DNA of 64,000 bases, taken from positions 102,606 through 166,605 of the IMG/VR virus record IMGVR_UViG_3300028394_000041. One strand, written 5' to 3'. Within the stretch, counting starts at the first letter, position 1. The number at the start of each line of letters is the position of its first letter. Under the pieces are notes generated by a model. The model did not search any database. It saw only the letters and a list, made by a program, of their open reading frames with translations, and had not been told where the DNA came from. Below are positions 58,092-64,000 of the stretch, in pieces. The position numbers were made by a program, and so were the translations under genes. Source of the DNA: a virus.

Positions 58092-58609
58092 TAGAAACTC
58101 TCCTCACTAGTCCGAACCTCCTCTATCCTCTGATTGTATTCCAGACTCACCTTGCGAGCCGCAACATCAAAGAGGAATGTTCCGTAGCTACCTTCGTTGA
58201 TTTCCCAACCGCCGTGGCTTGCACCTAACTTATCATAGCATATCTCTTCAACGATCTCTCTAATATTTCCTTCTCTTGGTTCTGTCTTGACCAGCATTTT
58301 TTTCTTTTCGTCCCATTGGTGGTAGGATGTTTTCTCTGAACCCTTAACAATAATCTTATTAAGATATGCTTCGTCTATGCGCTTGCTATTAGCGTCTGTA
58401 TAATCTACTGCTTCGATTTGTCCAGAGTCTCCGCAACCTTCAAAAGATACTTCAATAGAAGAGACTTTTGTTTGTGCTAGAGTATCGAATAACAGATTAG
58501 AATGATACTTTACTTTATCTGCTTTCTTTAGTTGGTCTGCTTTAATTTTTGCCATGATGTCATCCATCTTTGGCATCTTGATTTTTTTAGATTTAGATGT
58601 TTTGCTCAT
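58091..58609 (-). CDS. DUF6878-like protein
   Basis: VSFEGCGDSGQIE...GWEINEGSYG; coupled to the DUF6915-like gene. Confidence 0.7.
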   Translation of the reverse strand: MSKTSKSKKIKMPKMDDIMAKIKADQLKKADKVKYHSNLLFDTLAQTKVSSIEVSFEGCGDSGQIEAVDYTDANSKRIDEAYLNKIIVKGSEKTSYHQWDEKKKMLVKTEPREGNIREIVEEICYDKLGASHGGWEINEGSYGTFLFDVAARKVSLEYNQRIEEVRTSEESF

Positions 58610-59027
58610 ATAAAGAGCATAACCGATATTCTAATTAACGCAACTTCTTTTTACTATTCTTTTTCTTTTTATTAAACTTACCAAAGATATCACATCCATT
58701 GTCATATAGTAAAGAACAAACATAGTTAACACTATAGTACATAATACCAATCACAATTCCTAATCCAATCATTCTTATTTCATTATTATTAAACATATTA
58801 TTTAAACCTTATTTGCTACTAATCTACTAATCTTTGCTTTTTCCAGCAAGGCTTCTAGTCTCTCAACCTGCTCCTCGTACCCCCAAGATTGTCTACCCTT
58901 AAGATAAGATATCTGATCAACAATAGCATCTTGAATTAATTCCCAATCTTCTCTTTTAAAATTTTCATCTGTATATTGACTCATATATCTAGTATAACCT
59001 TTATTTAAAAGAAGTCAATGCTATTTC

Positions 59028-59726
59028 TTAAGTTATCTTTCTTGCATTGATCTTCGGAAACTGCCATTCAATTATATTATTTTCATTGAACTCTTTAGAT
59101 CTGGCTATCTTATTTAGTTTGCGAGACTTCTTATTTATAAGAAATAGCTTTATATTTTCTCTTATTGTATTAGTATCCAAGTCTACTATATGTTTTATTT
59201 TGTCCCAATTAAAATCTAATGGCATATTTATAATATGAAAATTAATATTATTTTTAAAGTAATCTATTATATTATTGTTATATTTTATGTATGCTTGAAT
59301 AAAATCTTCTTTATTAAACTTTGTGGCAAGATGTATTTCGTATATTTCAATTAACTTTTGTTTGCTTATTTTGTCTGAGTGTTTCGAATTTACCCAACTC
59401 TCAACTGATTCCCACCATTCGTTTGGATCTCTTATTGTTAAGATAAACTTTGAATCTGGATATCTCTGATGTAGTTCTTTATGAAAGTTGCAGTTCCAAG
59501 GTCTGTCTTTGAATACTGGAGACTCTGATGTATTAATTGCTTCACACAAATCATTTACAATAGAAGAGTTGTCTTTATCCTTTAATAGTATTTCGCTTAA
59601 GCTTTGATATTTGCCTAAGTATAAATTATTATTTATTTTCTTAAAAGGTTTATTTAAAGCAGAACTAATAGCATACCTAATGCAAGTAGTACCAGTCTTA
59701 TTCATTCCAATTATAAAATAGTTCAT
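59028..59726 (-). CDS. Sulfotransferase-family protein
   Basis: IGMNKTGTT PAPS loop; DRPW; YPDSKFILTIRDPNEWWES. Confidence 0.75.
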   Translation of the reverse strand: MNYFIIGMNKTGTTCIRYAISSALNKPFKKINNNLYLGKYQSLSEILLKDKDNSSIVNDLCEAINTSESPVFKDRPWNCNFHKELHQRYPDSKFILTIRDPNEWWESVESWVNSKHSDKISKQKLIEIYEIHLATKFNKEDFIQAYIKYNNNIIDYFKNNINFHIINMPLDFNWDKIKHIVDLDTNTIRENIKLFLINKKSRKLNKIARSKEFNENNIIEWQFPKINARKIT

Positions 59727-59761
59727 ATTAAAAATATACGATCTATTTAAATAAGATTAGT

Positions 59762-60049
59762 TTATGCTTTACTCGCACTCCATCTATTTAACTTACCATA
59801 TTTAGCATAAGATAATTTGCCTATATTTCTATTATTTAAACTACTTATTTTAGTAATTTTCTTTCGGCTTTTGAGTTTATACTTTCTAAAAGTCTTATAC
59901 CTTTTCTTTATTTTGGTTGGTTTGTCTAGCCAATAGTGAATAGGTCTAATGTCATATGATACATATTTAGTTCTAATAAATTTATAAATAACATATAGCC
60001 CCGAAGCAAATGCTGAGATTGTCAATATTAAAGCTATTATATGATTCAT
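59762..60049 (-). CDS. Membrane-anchored basic protein
   Basis: N-terminal TM segment. Confidence 0.45.
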   Translation of the reverse strand: MNHIIALILTISAFASGLYVIYKFIRTKYVSYDIRPIHYWLDKPTKIKKRYKTFRKYKLKSRKKITKISSLNNRNIGKLSYAKYGKLNRWSASKA

Positions 60050-60282
60050 ATATTTGATTCTAATTTGTTTAGTATTTCTATTGTAATACCTTTGTTCTCA
60101 TCTGTCAAGTTCGCACTATGTTTATTTAATGCTAATTGAATCATATCATTTCTAAATGCTTTTAGTATATACCAGTCAAACTCATAGCCCATATTTAAAG
60201 AAGTCCATTCAGTATTTAGAGCATAATAAAGATAAGCTAATTCATTTTCACTCATAGCTTTTATTTGGTTGTCTGTTATCAT
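60046..60282 (-). CDS. Hypothetical protein
   Basis: 78 aa, preceded by a structured leader. Confidence 0.5.
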   Translation of the reverse strand: MITDNQIKAMSENELAYLYYALNTEWTSLNMGYEFDWYILKAFRNDMIQLALNKHSANLTDENKGITIEILNKLESNI

Positions 60283-60413
60283 TATTTAAAGATGTGGTTT
60301 TCGCTTACGCTAGGATGACCACGAACCTGCTTCCTTGGGTCACGGCTTCCAAGTATTCTATATTAACTTAAATAGTTTATTTCGTCAACAACAAATAACA
60401 AATCAAATCAAAA

Positions 60414-60824
60414 TTAACTAAAATTATCTAAATCTCTAATAGCTTTCTTAGTCATCTTTATGCCTAGTGTTTTTATTATTTCCTTGTTTGCCATTACTTT
60501 AGTTGATTCGCCCTTGTATAATACTTGTTTATCTACTGCTATTAAGTCCCAATCCTTTAATAAGTAATCATATTCTCGTTCTATTACTTTTGTAGCAATA
60601 AAATTGACATTATATTTAATAACTATATAACTATGCTTACTTTCTGCTGTTATTAGCTTTTCGCCTTTTTCAATATTTATATCATTGATGCTAGTTAATG
60701 TTATTTTATTTAGTTTATTGTATGCTACTATATCAACAATAGCCCAATTATCTATTACCTTATCTGGATTCTTTATTTTATCATAGTAAAGCTCTAATTT
60801 TGCTTCTAGTGAGTTTTTTTTCAT
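60414..60824 (-). CDS. Hypothetical protein
   Basis: 136-aa ORF. Confidence 0.5.
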   Translation of the reverse strand: MKKNSLEAKLELYYDKIKNPDKVIDNWAIVDIVAYNKLNKITLTSINDINIEKGEKLITAESKHSYIVIKYNVNFIATKVIEREYDYLLKDWDLIAVDKQVLYKGESTKVMANKEIIKTLGIKMTKKAIRDLDNFS

Positions 60825-61128
60825 TAGCTATATAAGTATTATACATAGATAAAGTAACAAAAGAGAATATATTTAAAATATTGCTATTGGTTATTTTTGA
60901 ATTATATATATTATAGACAACCAACTCTACTTTACTCTTTTATACTTATTTCTTTCGTTCTCTATGTCTTTTATTACATTCTCTAGAGTATTTTTAACAA
61001 ATAGCAAACTATATAAAACACCTAATAGGCTCAGTAGCAGTAAGAAGTACAATACTCCTAGTAATAGGTAAAATGGCCTAAATACATACCCTTTTACATC
61101 AAAAGCTATACCTAACAAAGACATAATC

Positions 61129-61572
61129 TTACTTTTTGCCTTCCTTTTTAATATACCCTTTTATCCAATAATTATAGTATTTTTGACTCCACCAGACCAA
61201 TAGTTCTTCGTCTTTTGATACATCTTTTATAGTTTTAAATACAACCAAATGTTCATTTTCTATTACAGAATATTCTGTATTTGCTTCATCTTCTTTATCT
61301 CCACTATTATATATCATACCAAATCCAAGTGGCATTATAGCCATTTGAACTTCTTTATCAGTATAATAAGTATAAGTGTATTGGCAAACTTTATGATCTT
61401 TAATTTGTTCATATGAAGAGTTTAGTACAATCGAATGGCAATATTCTATGATTGTATCTTTCTGTATATCCGTTTTTGCAAACACTCCTAAGCCTTTATG
61501 GTCAGCATTTTTAATATAAATATAAGGAGAAACATATCCAGATTTTTTAATTAAATCCCAATTCAAAGACAT
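61129..61572 (-). CDS. SET-domain protein
   Basis: KGLGVFAKTDI..DTIIE...GFGMIYNS...KDVSKDEELLVWW. Confidence 0.8.
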   Translation of the reverse strand: MSLNWDLIKKSGYVSPYIYIKNADHKGLGVFAKTDIQKDTIIEYCHSIVLNSSYEQIKDHKVCQYTYTYYTDKEVQMAIMPLGFGMIYNSGDKEDEANTEYSVIENEHLVVFKTIKDVSKDEELLVWWSQKYYNYWIKGYIKKEGKK

Positions 61573-61804
61573 AATCTTACTTTTCGCCCCTCTTCTTAAT
61601 ATAGGTCTTGATTCGGTCTAGAGTATATAATATATAAGCATTTATAGCAAAAATTGCTACTAATACTGATACTCCAGCCAATGAGCTTACTAAATCAATC
61701 ACCATTTCACTATTTTCATTTACTATTAAAAACATATCAATTACCAGTTATTAGATAGATAAACCATCCTACAAGCATTACCGCAAGGAGTGGAACAATT
61801 AAAT

Positions 61805-62107
61805 TCATATAGGCTTTAAAACATCTTCAACAAAATTAGTCCGATCTTCCCTTACATACCACTCCCAAACAAAATCTAGGCCATTATATAGCTTTTTAGT
61901 ATTGATTAAAACGCAATAGTGTTCAGAATTAGATACGCTTGAAATCGTACCATAGTATTGAGAACCATCTTCTGTTTGAAAGAAAATCTCTTTGCCTATG
62001 TTTCTTTCCATAACAAAAATCTTAGCATCTTCATTAATCCCAAGGTCAACGCTTTGAGGATAAACCGCATCATAGTCTAATGGATTAGCGTTAATAGATT
62101 GAGTCAT
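61805..62107 (-). CDS. Hypothetical protein
   Basis: 100-aa ORF with GGAG RBS. Confidence 0.5.
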   Translation of the reverse strand: MTQSINANPLDYDAVYPQSVDLGINEDAKIFVMERNIGKEIFFQTEDGSQYYGTISSVSNSEHYCVLINTKKLYNGLDFVWEWYVREDRTNFVEDVLKPI

Positions 62108-62251
62108 AGATTTGCTCCGTTACATCTTCATAGCATACTTCACAATAAAAATCATCTTTATATCTGTGCATACGAATTTTGTCTTGCTTCATTTGCTCTG
62201 GTGTGACAACTTCGCCACAATCAACACAAGTTAGTTCTTTATTAGAAATTA

Positions 62252-62587
62252 TCATCTTTTATCTCCACTTCCTTTTATCTTACCTCGTTTTAATCTATCT
62301 GCAAGTTTATTTATGTTATTTATTGCAACATCTTCAAGATTAACTCCAAGTTCATCTGCTAAACTGGCACAATACCAAAGAACATCACCAAGCTCATCAA
62401 ATATGTCTGCTTTGTTTATTTTGGTAAGTTTTCCATTGTTATCTCTCATTATCTTCTTAACTTTATTGGCAATCTCACCAGCTTCGCCAACAAGTCCTAA
62501 AGTAGTATAGTATAATCCATCATTAGCCAAATATCTTGGATAAAAAGCAGTTCTACTAGCGTTGGTCTGAAAATTATTAAAAGTCAT
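62252..62587 (-). CDS. MazG-like nucleoside triphosphate pyrophosphohydrolase
   Basis: LGLVGEAGEIANKVKK...DELGDVLWY...NINKL.DR..RG.I.GSGD.R. Confidence 0.9.
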   Translation of the reverse strand: MTFNNFQTNASRTAFYPRYLANDGLYYTTLGLVGEAGEIANKVKKIMRDNNGKLTKINKADIFDELGDVLWYCASLADELGVNLEDVAINNINKLADRLKRGKIKGSGDKR

Positions 62588-62806
62588 TTATTCTTTATAG
62601 ACTTCTTATATGCTTTAGTCGAGGTTTTCTTTTTAGGTTTGACATATTTCCAAATCTTGCCATTCTGATCTAAGTCAACACTCCAAAGCATAATCTTATT
62701 ATAGATTTTCCAACCATAACCATCTCCAAATCTCATAATAGTTAAGCTAATAATATCACCAATATGATATAGAATCCTACTTAAAGTTTCTTTTAAAAGA
62801 GTCATA

Positions 62807-63076
62807 TTAGCATCCTTGGCATCCAACAAAATCACAATCGCATTTTCTTGTATTTAATTTCTTAGCTTCTGCATCGTCCCATTCCATTTCTTCCTTCACC
62901 TCTTCTCTATATCCTTTAATTTCTTTCATAGCGTTATGTGCTGGCAAATGTTCAAAAAGCAACTCAATCAAATCTGCTACTGAAGCATTATTATACAAAT
63001 CATAGATATACTCTTGTTCATCCTCAGAGCAAGTCTTGAGGAAATCTTTGATATTCTTAAACTTTTTCATCTTCAT
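62807..63076 (-). CDS. Hypothetical protein, N-terminus related to 63259..63801
   Basis: KKFKN..F...S.DE.E...LIEL.F pattern shared. Confidence 0.55.
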   Translation of the reverse strand: MKMKKFKNIKDFLKTCSEDEQEYIYDLYNNASVADLIELLFEHLPAHNAMKEIKGYREEVKEEMEWDDAEAKKLNTRKCDCDFVGCQGC

Positions 63077-63290
63077 CTTCTTTGCTATAATCTATTACTC
63101 CTATTTCATCAAATATATATCCACATCCTTTAAGAAAATCTCTTAATTTACAGCAAATTTCATCAATGGTTGTTGCATTAAAAGTAATCTTATGATTTGT
63201 TTCTCTGCCAATTTCATCAGCATATTCATACTTAAAGGTAAATTTATCTTTCTTCATTTTAGGAACACTTTCTAGACTTTCTCTTGACAA
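63057..63290 (-). CDS. Small conserved phage protein
   Basis: FNATTIDEIC...DFLKGCGYIFD. Confidence 0.55.
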   Translation of the reverse strand: MSRESLESVPKMKKDKFTFKYEYADEIGRETNHKITFNATTIDEICCKLRDFLKGCGYIFDEIGVIDYSKEDEDEKV

Positions 63291-63801
63291 CTTCCTCGCC
63301 TTTCATATCAAATTGCTCTAACTCTCTTTCTTTTCTCCACTCTGCCAATTCTTCTTTTGCTCCATTAAATTCAGCCCAATCGTCTAATTCTGCATCTGTC
63401 AGATAATTTTCATCTTCCTCTCTTGTAACGCATCCGTGAGCATTGTTCTCTGCTTCGTCTGCATAAGATTCAAGGATATGCTCGGAGCTTGAGCCGTGTT
63501 TGTTGCTAATATCATCTGTGATAGTATAGATTGTTACTTTATATCTTACGCCACTTTTAAATTCTGCTAACTTTTTCTTTTGATCTTTCTTGGTTGTAAG
63601 TATTTGTTTTTGAATCTGAGCTAACTCTTTTCTGTGAGTATTTACGATCTTCTCAAGATCACTATAATAAGGTCTATTCTGAAAGATAAGTTCAATTAAC
63701 TCCATCTTACTCAGCTCGACATAATTACGAGTAACAGCTTCTCTTTCGTCTCCCGAAAGACTATTATAAAATTTTAATGCGTTCTTGAATTTCTTTTTCA
63801 T
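63259..63801 (-). CDS. Hypothetical protein
   Basis: 180-aa ORF. Confidence 0.55.
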   Translation of the reverse strand: MKKKFKNALKFYNSLSGDEREAVTRNYVELSKMELIELIFQNRPYYSDLEKIVNTHRKELAQIQKQILTTKKDQKKKLAEFKSGVRYKVTIYTITDDISNKHGSSSEHILESYADEAENNAHGCVTREEDENYLTDAELDDWAEFNGAKEELAEWRKERELEQFDMKGEEVVKRKSRKCS

Positions 63802-64000
63802 TTGATAACTTGCCTAACTCCGTATGTTTCAATATGATCTTCATTGTCAAAGTCAGCAATCTCAACAACTACCCCTGCTGGTTTAGACACAACTTCTGCC
63901 ATACCTCTGTTGATTTCAATTCTTACTATATTAGTTTTCTTCGTTTTAGTTTTACTCATATATTCAATATACTTTGAATTTAAATTGAGTCAATACGATT

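Overview
This is a 64-kb segment of a large, AT-rich tailed phage (Caudoviricetes) genome; the host is probably a Verrucomicrobia/PVC bacterium, inferred from a captured PEP-CTERM protein, a pseudopilin with an H-X9-DG motif and a DUF4032-like gene. Family assignments below come from motif recognition, not database searches. 1-41.1 kb is an almost entirely minus-strand late module: tail-fibre/adhesin genes, major capsid, protease/scaffold, lysis genes, tail-tube-like protein, portal, large terminase, ERCC4 nuclease, phage sigma factor and PhoH. A recurring GTGTAAT motif sits just upstream of many of these genes. 41.5-64 kb is an early/accessory region of small ORFs (ArdC, gp88-like, DUF932, SleB-like hydrolase, OGG-like glycosylase, SET, MazG, sulfotransferase) with five tRNAs and sigma70-type, often leaderless, promoters. 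The most unusual observations are: (1) a free-standing group I intron core at 39954-40389 (-) with its own putative promoter, whose parts are ordered like a naturally circularly permuted intron; (2) about 29 copies of a 25-bp palindrome, 26 of them in pairs with an invariant 48-bp period, punctuating the early gene cassettes; (3) a host-like PEP-CTERM plus pseudopilin surface cassette; (4) several promoter-driven structured ncRNA candidates.
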